DNA from: Marsupella aquatica
Taxonomy: Eukaryota; Plantae; Marchantiophyta
Assembly (NCBI GenBank): GCA_973895155.1
Contig: OZ316892.1
Location: forward strand, 26,001,233-26,065,232
DNA: 64,000 nucleotides
Direction: 5' to 3'
A program made the position numbers and the translations under genes. The notes under the pieces were generated by a model. The model did not search any database, was not told the origin of the DNA, and saw only the letters and a program-made list of their open reading frames with translations. Each line of letters starts with the position of its first letter. The first letter of the stretch is position 1. Shown here piece by piece: positions 25,727 to 39,780 of the stretch.

Positions 25727-28652
25727 TTACTTCGATTTGATGGTAAGCTCTGCCCGCAAATGCAAAACGCCGTTATGAAAATATTGACTGTCTTCAGCAA
25801 TGAACTCCTGCCAGGTCCAGACCAAACAAATTGCGATATCCGACAGCTTTGCCTCCGGTGAACATATAGCTGCCTTTGGACTTGGGAGAAAATTCCCATC
25901 CCGGCTTCATACGCGCAGCGAACCTCGTAGTCAACTGCAAAGCTCACGGTGCCTTTCTCCTGCATGCCTAGGAAAAGCCCAAAGCACCGAGAAGATGCTA
26001 ACGCATCCAAGTTGCAATGAGCAGATAGAAAGAAACCTTGTCCTCCTAAGTGAAAGGCTTGAGAATATAGCCGCCCTTGAGGCCATAAAGCTTTGCACTC
26101 CTCCAACTTCAGGTCTAAGAAAACCAGACATTGCTGATAAGGTGTATCAAATTCCACCACTTTAACAGGTCTGTACTTATATGCTCGTTCGATGTATCTT
26201 TTATGTTCTTTCTCGTCCACCGCAAGCTGCCGTTGGCGGTGAGGTGGTTCTCCTCGAAAAAACAATGCTTCTAGGACCAGCCTAGTAGCAAGCTCGCGGT
26301 CAAAATCAGTGCAGCTGAGGACCTTGCGAAGCTTTCTACATGACATCATTGGGAAACGTATCAGCCACACTAGCCTGCATCCTAGAATGTCCCTTCTCTC
26401 CTCCAATTTGGTGAAATGCGCTCTAGCCCACTTTAGTGCAAAGTCGTACACTGCGTCCTCGGAAGCCACCTGAAGGTCGTCGCTTGAAAGAACCGCCTCT
26501 AACCCAGCAAGAGGCAGGTTCATAACATCTTCGGTGTTCCTGTCCAAACCATCGAGTATGTTAACAAGAAACATACTAAAATACTAACCATATCACACGT
26601 AAGAAGAGATTGAATAAGCACAAACAGATACTCCTACAACCAACAACAATTATAACTGTCAGCTAAACTTTCAGTTTAGTGGCTCAGAACGAAGTTGCAA
26701 CCTAATCACCTACTCATAGAAAGACACCTACCTGCCTATGTCCCTATACCGCGTGGCAAGATACAATCGAGCAGCATCTGTGAGTGGTTGGACAGCCTCT
26801 GCGGCTAGGACGCTGGAAGGTAAATCAAGGTAGAGTAAAGCAAATTCGGGTGTCATGGGCATGTTTCGCAAGAGTCGGCTGCAATGGCGCATACATGCTT
26901 GAACCTCAAACTTATCTGCTGCCAAGAGAACATCAAGTACTGCCGTCGGTGTATCCGCCTTTACTTTTCCACTGTACATAAATTGCAGCAAGTCCATCAA
27001 CGCTTCCTCCTCTGCATGGCCAAACAGAGCATCTCGTCATATTCAACGAACGCAACCAGAGAGGCAAAAGAGCAACTGCTGACGGGGAAGATAGTCAAAC
27101 AAACTCCGGCAAAAGCATCGACTTCATGTTTTTTCTTGTAAGGCTGAATGACTTGTAGGGCACATAATCATTAACCATAGTGCACCTGAAGAGCTGATTC
27201 GGAGTGTGACATCGCGCTGCTCAGACTCCCTCATTCCATTCGAGAAAAGCTTTACAACCAACCCGAAACATAAGTCAAGAACTGTCCAGAGCCTATGCTG
27301 AAAAATTGCCACAATTAACAAGATATGATGTTCCTTTGGGTGAGGCAGCGGTACCTTGTAGAAAAATTGGCTCTTTGCTGCTAGGATGGCAGAGCTGATG
27401 TGCACAGTTCTGGTTCTCACAACTGGACCTGTGTTTGAGCTCCAAGGAGACTGGCCTTGTGCACCTTCCTCCACTGCACGCAAATTTCCCCCAATTATAT
27501 GGATATTTTGTCACGCATGATAGAAGAAATTTTGAAGTTAATACCCACCGACTCATCCCTTGGATGAATAAGACCAGTGCAATCCCCAACTTGGCAATCC
27601 ATGAATCACATATTTTTTCTAAGCATATCCAAAAGCTGCTTAGAATAAATATGTGATTCATGGAACAGGGGAATCCGACCTGGAGAGGAACACCAAGTAC
27701 AAGAATTCCCTACGTGAGCTCGGCAAGGTGAAGAGGAGACAGCCAACACTCGAGCACAAACGATACCCTGTCCTTAAGATTGGATAGCACTCACATCCTG
27801 GGCTCGGGCTTGACTGCATTTCTTGAGGAGAAAGCTCTTCCATCATTGCCACGGCATCGTCCTCAATCTCGTGCGGCGCGTCATCTGCATCATGTAGGTC
27901 ACCGTGCATCACCTGTTCTTCCTGTCCATCTGTCGTCATTCCGCTCATTGCCACTCCACCTTGCACTGTGACGATGATAGTCGGCATATGTTTCTCATCA
28001 CAAAATTTAGCGGATGTAAACTACCAATCCAGGTCCCGAACTGCTACTTCTAACTTAGGGTGTAGTTCTGATAAATCCTAACGCAAAAGGAATTCAACAG
28101 CTATTTAAGACTACCCCAAAAAAAACTTTATGGCATTCACTTCACAGCCAAAAGAGATCTGCAGAGCAAAAGTTGCATCCAGCACTCAACCAAGACCATG
28201 AACATTTTCGCACCCATCACTTCCTCTCAATCTGCATGTGCGGGCAACACATGCCATTGCGAGGTCCTGCGTTAAATGAAATGCAAAGAGGGACAAAAAT
28301 ACCTAGACACAAGTTCTCAACCTTAAGAGACGGCGCAACTCGTAACAGAAACAATCAAAGTCAACGGTCGAACACAAATTCCCGAGAGCAAATTGACCAC
28401 AGTGGAAGTACAGTATGCGACTAAGGAAGATCACTCACCCGGACGTCTTTCCACGGCGCGGTCGGCTCGTCGGCGCTTCTTGTGTCTGGCCCAGTCATCA
28501 ATCCCGGTGGCGACTCCCGCATCGGACTTGGAGTCAGGAGGCACCTCGACTATTTCTATGCGGAGCACCCTGTCCGAAAAATTGCTGTCATTGAAAGCAA
28601 AAGTATAATTGGGGGCAGCAGATGCCCCCCCGCTGCTCGACTCGTGATCCAT
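25727..28652 (-). CDS. POB1: BTB/POZ-BACK protein, POB1/LRB family; exons 28652-28439, 27965-27795, 27473-27355, 27249-27186, 27011-26732, 26539-25727; two apparent +1 insertions (~25924, ~25817)
   Basis: [88 protein letters not shown]; corrected end [13 protein letters not shown]...[10 protein letters not shown]. Confidence 0.93.
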
Positions 28653-29343
28653 CTTCACCTCCTCCCTTCCTCGCCCTTCCAAACACACTACACTACACTA
28701 GAACTAAAATAAACTCAACTCAACTACTAGCTTCCTTCGACCTCCGCCCCCGTTGCTCATCTCGTCACTCAATCCCGTGACCTAAAATGCGCAATTCGGT
28801 CGCTCCCACGTTCCAAACACATCCCACACCTCGTCTTCCCTGACCTCGCACCATAAACAGTTCCCGCAATCGCCATCTTTCTCTTTGCAACCCTCCCCAA
28901 TGGCAACATACATCAGAGGAAGGAGAGCACCATCACCATCACCATTACCACCACAACTACTACACCAGACCAGACCAGACTAGACTGGACCAGATCAGCA
29001 ATTCCGAATCACCCCTCCATGACCGAAGCAGCAGCGGACGCAGCACGCAGAGGGCCGAATGAATTCATACGTTGCGAGAGGATCACGACGACTTTTTTTC
29101 AACGAGCGGAGTGCCCAAATCATTCGTTCTCTGCGGCTTCAAAATCGTTCTCCTCCTCGCCTTCAAAATCCAACGACAAGAAGAAGGCAGCGAGGGAATG
29201 AATGCTGGCACGGCGGTGCAGGAATGAATGAATCAGGGAGGGCAGTGGCGGAGCTATCTCAGCAGTGGCCTCATTCCCGCGTGCCCGAATGGCAGGGAGG
29301 AGAGAGGTGACCCTCGTACGCAGTTCACGTCTGAGCTCTACTG

Positions 29344-30795
29344 TACAGTTCCAGTCGCTTCAGTTTGCCCATAGGTAGAGTGGGCTTTGTAGTTTTTATT
29401 CCTCCTTTTTCCTTGTTTGCCTGTTTCCACCCACCCCCCCCCCCTCCCGCCCCCCCCTTTTTCCCCTAATCAATGCCCATAGGTAGGCTTTTTATCCAGT
29501 CCCTTCAGTTAGATCCAGTCGCTTCAGTTTGCCCATAGGTAGAGTGGGCTTTGTAGTTTTTATTCCTCCTTTTTCCTTGTTTGCCTGTTTCCACCCCCCT
29601 CCCCCCCCCCCCTTTTCCCCTAATCAATGCCCATAGGTAGGCTTTTTATCCAGTCCCTTCAGTTAGTTCCAGTCGCTTCAGTTTGCCCACAGGTAGAGTG
29701 GGCTTTGTAGTTTTTATTCCTCCTTTTTCCTTGTTTGCCTGTTCCCCCCCCCCCCCCCCCCCCCCCCTCATTGCCCCCTAATCATATGCCCATAGGTAGG
29801 CTTTTTATCCAGTCCCTTCAGTTTGCCGATAGGTACAATGGGCTTTGTAGTTTTTGTCCAGTCACTTCAGTTTGCCCATAGGTACAATGGGCTTTGTAGT
29901 TTTTGTCCAGTCCCTTCAGTTTGCCCATAGGTACAGTGGGCTTTGTCGTTTTTGTTCCTTGTTTCAGTTGTTTGACTGTTTTTGGCTTTTTTTCCTTGTT
30001 TCCCTAATCAATGCCCATAGGTAGGCTTTTTAGTTTTTGTCCAGTGCCTTCAGTTTGCCCATAGGTACAGTGGGCTTTGTAGTTTTTGTTACTCCTTTTT
30101 CCTTGTTTGCCTGTTTTCTTTTTCCCTTGTTTCCCCTAATCAATGCCCACAGGTAGGTTTTTTAGTTTTGTCCAGTCCCTTCAGTTGCCCATAGGTAGGC
30201 CTTTTAGTTTTTGTTCCTCCTTTTTCCTTGTTTGCCTGTTCTTTTGTTTTTCCTTGTTTCCCACTCATCAATGCTCATAGGTAGGCTTTTTAGTTTTTGT
30301 CCAGTCCCTTCAGTTTGCCCATAGGTAGGCTATTTAGTTTTTGTTCCTGCTTTTTCCTTGTTTTCATGTACTTTTTCGGTTCCTGTCCCCCCATATCATA
30401 ACCTACTTTTTTCTTTTTCATCTCCCTTCAATCTCTTTCATTTGATTGGTTTGACGAGGGTCATCAGAAAGTTTTTGGGCATTCATTTTCTTTCAAATTT
30501 GTTTTTCTTAATATTCTTCATAGGGCTGAGGGGCCTCTAGACAGATTTCCCTTTGTGACCCTCCTATGTGGTTTACTCCAGAGCCCTACCAAGCTTTTCA
30601 GTTTACGGCCCAGTAGGGTTTTTAGTTTGTTGTTTGCTTCTTAGTTTTTTGTTTATGTAGGTTGACCCTTGACTTGTTGGGCCTCTTCAGTCTTCTTGGG
30701 GTCTTTCCATCCCCCCCCCCCCTTATTGGGTTCTTTTGTCTTTGGGATCATGTCTCCCGGTTTGACGTCTTTTTGGCAGTGTGATATATATTTAT
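29344..30795 (-). mobile_element. Non-autonomous repeat with a complex satellite (CCAGTCCCTTCAGTTTGCCCATAGGTA-based units, ~29350-30360)
   Basis: Many mosaic repeat units with poly-C tracts; distal end homologous to 10311-10420. Confidence 0.65.
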
Positions 30796-33355
30796 AAGTA
30801 AGTTCCCAAGCTTGGTAGCAACGTGAGCACTCTCAACCCAAACAGGCTTGAAACAACAAAGTTATTAATGACTAAAACACTCTTTTGATGTATTTTCAGA
30901 ATGATGCTAATGCACCCCTATAGTACAGAAACAACATCATGAAAACCCCCAAAAAAAAAACACTTCGAAAACACTGTAGGTCAAAGTTAAAACCATGGCT
31001 GTTAATTATCAATATTTTATTTCACTCATCGATCTAAGAATTCTCAGGACATGAATATTTGCCCATTGTAGTCCACCATCCTCTTTGTTAGGAAATGATC
31101 AATCAAATGCATTAATCAATCAAATCTGATGGCTATCGTTAGTCATTGTTGTTTTTTTAAGTAAATCAATTTAATACAAAGAAATTACTTATTATAATTC
31201 AAGAAGTAAATAGAACATTACAAGAGGTTACCTTTTTGCTCTCACCCTCTGTTATTCAACATGTGAATTTTCAATTTCCTTAAGTATTCACTATTCCCAA
31301 GTCTGATGTAATTTGTTGCTGTCAAGACAAACATGAACTCTCGTGTTTGTTTGTCACCGCAGTCATTCTTGCATACTCCCGGGAAGAAAGACACCCCAAG
31401 CTTGCACTTATCCATGATATGCACTACCTTATAAGCGTATAAGATATGTTTTATTCACCTTTCCATATGACTGTACATGGTTGCATTACCCAATAAATGC
31501 ACGGGAAATTGCTTTATGCACTTTCTCATATGTGTTAACAGGGCCACACGTGGGAATCCTCATATCCTGAGCCTGTATACAAGATGATTAAACTAGATAA
31601 GTGCACGAAAGTACTTTTTGACTATTGTCTATTGCACTCATCAATAAATGCTATTTATGTATGCAAAGCCATGTGTAAATTTTTACACTTATACATCATT
31701 GGTGCATGTTTTGGGTGCATTTGCCAAAGGAAAGCAGTTGTCATACATGACCAGCCTGCACTCCATGATATATGTAATGCACTGATACAATGTAGACCAC
31801 AAGGAAGAGAAAGGAAAAGAGGTCCAAAGTGGACAAACACCGAACCTGAACTAAGAAAGAGGAAAAAGACAAATATTGGGGAAAACCTATAGTGTCATAG
31901 TGGGATCAGCTATTTAGTGGTCCATCTCTAGTGTTGTAACTAAGATTGCAAGTGGTACGGTCAAGGATCTCCCCTGGCTCTCATTATTACTTTAGAGTAG
32001 ATATGTGTGAAATCCAAAACCCATGCAGTGTTTCCTTTCGTATTTAGTGCAAGTGACACATATGGTATGCTAACTAGCCTCCGCTTTGCAAAAAATTTGT
32101 ACGGTCACATTAGGACCATTAGATCTATGTATGGTTAGATCTGGGCCATGACTTTGGCAAATAATCACTAGAACTTTTTGAAAACCTCTTAGTTATGTCA
32201 TTTGCAAGCCACCTCACATTGTAGCAAATGCATGAACATTTGCCCATGGACCGAGCCCGTGAATCATGCAACCGCAAGGATGGGCTATGACATACGTTGC
32301 ACCCTCCTCATTTCCAAAAAAAACTCAGCACCAAAGTTTGATAAGAATTTCCCTTTCTATTCATTAGAATTAGATCTTATTGGTTAAAAGTGGCTTGAAA
32401 AAAATATTTCCAATCAGTCTAATATCTATGGTTTTCATGAAGAATTGAGAGTTATTGCATTTCTAAAGATCACTCGTCACTCATTGCTAAGTTTGACATT
32501 TAGTGTCTCCCTTGATATCCTATGGAATCTTAAATTTCTTGGCTCATTTAGATACCCCATAATAGGGAGAAAAATAACTCTGGAAAATCTCAAGAAGTCC
32601 AAAGAGCTGGAGACCCCCTTACATCAAAAGAATTAATTTGTGGACTTAAAATGGACTTGAGATGACAAAGTGTGGCTCAAAAACTCTTTATTTGATGTAA
32701 CTTAAGATGGTGTTGTTTTTGTGCTACTAGTAAGGGTACGTCACCATCACTCAAAAAAATACTTGACATACTTAAAGTACTATTCCTTCAATGTGCACAC
32801 CGTTACTGTTAATCATCTACATTGTTAGACATTTACTAAGTTAATTTGGGTTTAAAGTTACTTTGTAACTAAAATTAGTCTAACCGTGGTCAGGTACTTG
32901 ATCGAGGTTAATTATGCCACTTAGTATGAAGTCTGTACACATCAATGAATTAGATTTTGAGTGGAACTATCAGTCAAGTCTAAGCAATAGTATATGCTTG
33001 ATGGACCATTATAAAAAAAACGTGATAGGCCCCCACAAAATTATTATTACAACTAGGCCTTGTTTGACACTTTTGTGTCAGATGTTCTTCTAGCAGTTCT
33101 TATAAGGTGTTTTGATTCATACTATCACCAATAATAGCTACTCTGAAAATTGAGGTCACCTGTGTTGGAATCATGGGATACTGACTGCCGCTACCAAACT
33201 GTGATGTACCTGAAGTGAAAACAATATTATTCATGTCTTCAGGTTTGAAATGACTCATTTCACATTTTCACTGTACCACTATGATTGTCATTGGGTTACT
33301 TTCAGGAAAGCTGTGCACAAGATTTTCAGGGTGGCCTAACATTTTCTTTTGTGAT

Positions 33356-33492
33356 TCTATCCATGCGTTGGTATCAAAAGGAGGCTAGTGTGGGTTCGAT
33401 ATCTATCCATGCGTTGGTATCAAAAGGAGGCTAGTGTGGGTTCGATATCTATCCATGCGTTGGTATCAAAAGGAGGCTAGTGTGGGTTCGAT
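33356..33492 (+). repeat. 46-bp tandem repeat x3
   Basis: TCTATCCATGCGTTGGTATCAAAAGGAGGCTAGTGTGGGTTCGATA repeated. Confidence 0.95.
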
Positions 33493-33899
33493 CCTCATAC
33501 CTTGTTCTGCACCATGTTTGTTACGTCAATGGGGCTTCTAGCATCCAAACCCCAAAATTGTCTAAGTATGGAAGGAACCAGGTATCCTATACTTTTGGCC
33601 GTTTGTCCCTGTTGCGACGTTCAAAATTTACTAAGTGCGAAGCAAAGACAACATCAATGTTCTCTTCCACAAGGGACCCCCAAAATTTTCAAAGGGATCC
33701 AAGGAACCAGGGATCGTCTCCATTTAGCTGTTTACCCCTAATGCAACTTTCAAAACTTGTGTAAGTGTGAAACAAGACCAAATGGGTTTGATTGCTAGAA
33801 TGCCTTAGTTTGCTGAATGCCAAATGGCGCCCCTCCTTTCCAAATGAAAAATTGATAGCAGCAGACCATAAACTGATAGCAGCAGACCATCAATGACGG

Positions 33900-34310
33900 A
33901 GACACTCTAAAACCCTCCAGCCACTATAAAAATGTGAAAACCCCTTATGCCACTGGAAATTTTGCAGACCTACAAAAACTAGACTAAAAACCTGCAAGAA
34001 CTGCTCTGTGGTGAGTGCGCTCAGAGTACAAAAACGGAATCCAGGACCTATTGTCTTGCTGACTGAACTGTGTAACACCATCTGGAACGAGCGCAATGCT
34101 CAGGTCTATGCCCATTTCCTTGGGCGACTTCCCAGCTGGGTGGTCTTGAAGGAAGCGAGCAACCACCTCAAGGGGATGCTGTCTGAATGCAGGTCCACTA
34201 AGAAAGCCAGGAAGATCCAAGTGTCTGTCGAGGAGATTGATTTTGTCCTTCGCCCATGGGCCAACCTGGAGATACCATGCTCTATGACGCAAAATGTCGA
34301 CAATGAATAG
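33900..34310 (+). mobile_element. LINE (L1-like) ORF2 C-terminal fragment
   Basis: ELCNTIWNERNAQVY matches the IWxERN motif at the end of plant L1 ORF2. Confidence 0.55.
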
Positions 34311-35398
34311 CAACTCTAATTTTTTAGATGATAGCTGCATTCTGGATTGCAACAACCAGAAGTGGTCTCTTAGATGTTGCAGGAGTTACAGGAAGAGAGA
34401 AAATCATGAATTTCCCATTCTGGTTTCCATCACTACCATCATTGACGATAGTGTTGAAATTGGGTTGGAAGAACAGTTAGTGACTGCCCTTGCTAGGGAT
34501 TTAGGTTCGTATTTGGTGTTGGCTTTTCCGACCACCCTGATCATTTCTAGCATCCGGAGTGTTAGGACTGACTTGGTTGTCCCCGCTACCCCCGCTGCCT
34601 ATGGGTTGCTGTGGTGTTCCTTGTCCATTAGGTTGTGGCCTGATAAAAGCTTCCTTTGCTGGCAGGATTCGAACCCCAGACCTCCCTAATGGACGAAGAC
34701 TAAACGCCAGAGCTCGCTCACGTGTGAATGGGTAAACATGCAACAAGTTCTGCAGACCTGGAGATGTTCAAAGTTCCGAATTGTTCCAAATCCATGATAA
34801 ATTCGAAATCAGTCTGCGTTTAACTTATGCAGAACTCGCATGCAGGGTATTGCACAATTTGTTGAATCCTATGACGTCCAAGATTCCGCAGTCTCCTGTA
34901 TAGGTTCGCCTTGAGTTGACCTTCAATGATCCAACAAATTGGACCACCAGAATGTACGCAAACGTGAGGACAGTACTTCACCATTCAATGCATTGAGTTC
35001 CCATATTTGTCGACCACCAGATAGTATGAATCACTTTAATGTAATCGTCACTCACGAATTCAAAGAGGACGTCCCGCGTCGACAAAGTATGGATGTCAGA
35101 GACTACAAACTAGTGAAAAGAGTGAGAACTTACTTTGGTAAGAATTGATGATTCTCACTCGTTCCACTCCCGGTTCCACTATTAATCATCCATTCTCGTC
35201 ACGAGACTAAGATTCATACATTCTCCTTGCGAGATTTGAGATACTTATATATATGTATGTGTTTATATAACCTGCGCTAAGGTGATTTCGAGTGCGTGGA
35301 TCACTTCTAATGAATTTCTCCTGCTCAACAACCAGAAGTTGCATCTACATTGTACAAAGGCAGCTTGAACCTTGAGCAATTGATGGTTCCATGTGATT

Positions 35399-37487
35399 TC
35401 ATAGTGGAATGAGCTGGCTGAGATTCATCGGACTGATGTTGGCAGGAGGCCCGAACAACAGTTTCTGAACAACTATATTATTCGCTTTGTCAGAGGGATG
35501 GAAGGGATCCCACCATAGGTACTTTGTGCGGTCGGGGCACAATGAGGTGAATGAAGTGCATGGAATCAGTCCATTGAACCTTCCTGTGCCACAGCACGCC
35601 ACGTTCACCGAATCGAAGCCTACCATTGCATCAAACAAGACAGAGGGCAGGATTTCCTTAGTAACAATATCCAGCATGAACAAAGGTTACTGGATGACGA
35701 CTGGTACAGCGCAAGTTGGCCCAAGTTAGTGAGGAGATAGATTCATTACCGTAGGTGGCTGGATTTTGAACCATGTCCGACACCATCCCGTATGAATCGC
35801 TGTATGTGATGATTGATCCTGGAAGCTGTGCGCTGAGACTGTCCAGGATCGGCTTGAGCTGATTGTTGAACCCAGCCGCTATTTGATTAAACTGTTCGAC
35901 GCAGGATCCGTCCGCACTGTTGGATTGAAGCTTATCTGGAATGCAGCCGATCGGACCAATGTTGGCAACAGAGATTTTCCGAGCTCCTAGGTCATAAACT
36001 TGCTGCATCATATCATTCGACCCAGAGTCAGGAACGAGGGATCGAAGCTCGCAAACCAACAACAAGCATTCGAATACCATCAGAATTGAGGAAAAATCTA
36101 CTTCCAATGTATTAATTTAGGATCACAGGCCGGTGGGTGCACAGCTGTGGAAGTCAATGCACCACTGCACTAGGCTCTGACATCTCAGAGACAGTGAGGT
36201 TTTGTTCGGGTCCAAACATCAATATTTTGACTATTCCCTCTAGTACCCTAAACTTTAAATGTACTAGTAACTCAACAAGGAGGCAATGAGGCCAATCATG
36301 TGCAATCCAGGCGAGTAGTATACGTTACTCGCCTTGAGCTGTCCTGAGAAGTTGTTGACAAGTAAAGTCGTGAATTGGTCAATTGAGTATTGAGCGGCCC
36401 GTGGTGACGCAGGGAGGAGATAATTGTTTATGTAATCGTTCCCTCCAGTGGTAAAGGCGAAAAGAGCTTTGGCAAGTAACTGATCGGCTGCTGATTGGCC
36501 CAACTTGGTTATCAGTTGATACTTGACGTTCTGAAAATTGGCAATCTGCTGATTCAAGGTAATCCTTTGCACCTGCACGGACAATCATAGAATATCATGT
36601 GCGTGTCGCTCGAACGGTGATAAGGCGGGTGGAAAACTCGTTTGTTTAATCGTCTCAAGCATTCTGATGAGTAAATCTTTGTTTAAATCTTCTGATGAAC
36701 GACATAGATACTTACAAAGATGGAGCCCGTGTCATCTAGAATTCCGGAACCAGCCGAGGCAAAATTGGCACCCCTGAGAAAATCTTGTCCACTCGCTTCG
36801 GCGTACGTCGCGACAGGTGCGGTGCCCATGTATGCACCTGCGACGGTAGATCACACAGAGTCACATTCGGCGCTTAGAGTTCACGAATCCTTGTAATTCC
36901 GGACTTGCGTTCTGTACCCAAGTGGACAAAACCGTAGGCAGACCTCTATGCAGACATGCTGACCAACGTCCCTGCACTGATGCCAAAGTCTAGAGCACCA
37001 TTGCTTCAGTAACACTAGCATGAGCTGAGTTGTAGTTTGAGGGTACATAATGATAAATTAAACTTGATTGGTTACGAATCTGTCATAATTTAAGGCAATC
37101 AACAGAAATTAAAGACCCAAACTTACTGTTGGAATAAATAGCTCTGACTTACAATTTGCCGTGAAAGGAAGAGAGAGGGGTAAGCGAGGGTGAGCGTGCA
37201 CGAGTTCAAGCTCTGACTGCGGACTTACTGATGAAATCCGAGACTAATCGACCATTGCTGAAACGCCCAGTGGGCTGATAGTTGAACTCAGCGAGGTCAA
37301 TACCGTTCGGCTTGAAGTTGGCTTTGGCGATGGAATTCAAGTTATTGTTATTTCCCTGGTCGACCAGCGAGTCTCCAAAAATAAACTGAGCTACTTGGAC
37401 AACTGCTCTCACTGGCAAGACTTCGAGGTGTCCGAGCAAAACCACGAGAACCATGACCATGACGCTCCATGAGAATGATCGTCCCAT
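35399..37487 (-). CDS. Secreted GDSL esterase/lipase; exons 37487-37229, 36837-36716, 36572-36333, 36002-35750, 35619-35399
   Basis: Signal peptide, [50 protein letters not shown]; typical 5-exon structure. Confidence 0.96.
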
Positions 37488-38411
37488 GTTCCTGGCCTGG
37501 GACGTACTGAATTAATGCGTCACGATGCTGCAGAGCGATAGAGGAGACCACAGTGTCAGTTGAGCTCAAAGACCGAAACAGTATCGCTTGAAATTAATGC
37601 ATAATATATGCATGAATGACCATGTTAATACTGTCTATCGTGAGGATGCAGACTCCAGATCAGGGTGTCACACTGGGGTTGCCTACGATTTTCCAGCAAT
37701 CCCACGAGACACCCACGGACAATGTGGCAACAAACACGTCTTCAGTAATTTGAGCCGAGATCCCAGCGAGACATATTGCAACGCATACAACTTAATTTCG
37801 TGCGTAAGATGAGTAACTGAAAGTAATGTTCAAGGGCATACCAGGCTGGTAAAGGGAGCTCGAAGACTCCCAGGTAACTTTCAAACGTCAGAAGCTGTGC
37901 CCGTATACAACAGATAGTGCAGAAGTTGGTCTTAACAGCAAGGTCGGCTCCAAGACCAAGCTCAGCGCTGCAAAAAATGGTTGAATTCGAATTGAATCAT
38001 ATAAGCAGGCCTACGTCTTTACTTGCTTATCCTAGCGAAGCTACGAAAGGGTACGTTCTAGGGGCCTTCCGCATGCCGCAGACACTTTTTAAAGTTCGAG
38101 TACTAATTTGCTAGGCACTTCTAATGAATGGACAAAAGCTGAATTTCATCGTTCAGGTCAGACCTCCTTCCTGGGCTGTAGAGATCGAGTGAGCTGCAGA
38201 CACAATCTACACCACCTCTAGCTGAAGTTCAAGATTCAATTCAGACCTCGTCCCTAGCCTGGGCTCTACATATATAGAGAGCAAGCTGTCCATACACAAT
38301 CTGCATGGCCTGGAGCTGAAGTTCAAGGTCCAGCTCAGACATCTTCACTGAGTTTTAGAGAGCGAGCTGCCTAATTATACGACCGGTAGCGAAAAACTCC
38401 CATTCGTTGAA

Positions 38412-38648
38412 GTGTTGAGGCTAAAGAGGACTTGAATACTCCAGTACAGTAGTGGTCCAGAGGCTGTCTGTTTCAAAAGCATGAGAGACCCATAAATTTA
38501 CGAGGGCATGGAGTAGGCAGCATTTGCGAGTGTTGAGGCTTGAGAGCACTTGAATCTTCCAGTACAGCAGTGGTCCAGAGCCTGTCTGTTTCAAATACAG
38601 GAGGATCGGAGAGACGCAGAAACTTACGAGGGCATGGAGAAGGCAGCC
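38412..38648. repeat. Diverged ~115-bp tandem duplication upstream of GDSL
   Basis: GTGTTGAGGCT...CCAGTACAG.AGTGGTCCAGAG...ACGAGGGCATGGAG twice. Confidence 0.85.
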
Positions 38649-39369
38649 TGTGACGTCATCGACCCAACTCACTGCGAGCATTCAATTCCTCAGTCGGTTT
38701 GAAGTTAATTTGTGTCGAACGACAGACAGACAGGGACCAGGACCTTGTTGCAGGCGACCTCCTATCATTATTGTATCTTGCAGACGACTCTCCAGAACGC
38801 CCTCGTGCATGAGGAGGCATTGTGGGTTCGAGACGAGAGATCGCATACGGCACTGTAACGTATTGCCTTCTCTAGTTCGCTCAGCTGGGTCTCATGATTG
38901 AATCTTATATATAGAGCCCATAACCACATTCAATTCAGCTGAGCTCCACAGCATTCAGGACTCAGGAGAAGATTTTTTTCTAATTATTCCTCGTACCCCA
39001 CATATGCACTGGAGAGTACGAGCACGTGAGATCGACAGCGAGAGCGATCGAAATGGAGACGGATATATTTGTGACACTGTCTCACCAGAGCGTCTTAAAT
39101 GAATCAGGTTCTGATCGGGCACTGTCACAAAGTGCTCGGTGATCTGACCTTCGAAAGTGCAAAACTGCCAATGCTAAAACAGCTGGGGTTGATCGATCGA
39201 TCGATCTGAGTTGGTAGGGACGAATTGGCTTCTCGGGTCCATACCATTACATTCCTTCTCAGTTGTACAGTGACGTAAGGGATGTTCGAGGACACACTGC
39301 AATTAATTACGTTGGTCTCTCCCGAAGTGCATAACTGCAATCCTATGGCGTACATGGGTGACGATAGCA

Positions 39370-39780
39370 ATAAATTATTTTGAGTAGTTTAGAAGTTCCA
39401 TGTGGGGATAAAAGTGTTTTTCTGAGGGGGTACCTTGGTGGGTTCTATTATTATTTTGAGTAGACCGTTAGTAATTTCATGTGGGCATAAATGTCTGCTT
39501 TTCTTGGGAGTACCTTGCTGAGAACTTGCATTTAAGTAGGTTAGTACTTTCATGTGGCGAAAAGTGTATAATTTTCTACATTGTCTAGGGGTACCTTGGT
39601 GAGTGGCATTTAAGGGCGCTAAGTTTCATATGGGGTAAACTGTGTGTAATTACCTACTAGAAGTACCATGGTGACTGAGTTGCCCTGAACTGGTTAGTTA
39701 TTTGTGGGGATATCAGTGTAAGTTTGTAGGGGGTACATTGCATGCCGGAGAGTTGCATTTATTGACTGGTTTTAGTAGGG
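39370..39780. repeat. Degenerate ~65-bp tandem array
   Basis: Recurring TTCATGTGGGG...GGGTACCTTGGTG units. Confidence 0.7.

Noticed and set aside
29350-30360. CRISPR-like repeat appearance
   Set aside because: The intervening sequences are themselves repeated, there are no cas genes, and the context is eukaryotic; it is a satellite.
31240-31900. Coding-like minus-strand fragments
   Set aside because: Multiple stops and no recognisable family.
34655-34720. tRNA B-box (GGTTCGAATCC on the minus strand)
   Set aside because: No cloverleaf or clear A-box; at most a SINE or tRNA relic.
34375-34745. Possible solo LTR (TGTTGCA...TGCAACA)
   Set aside because: No matching target-site duplication.
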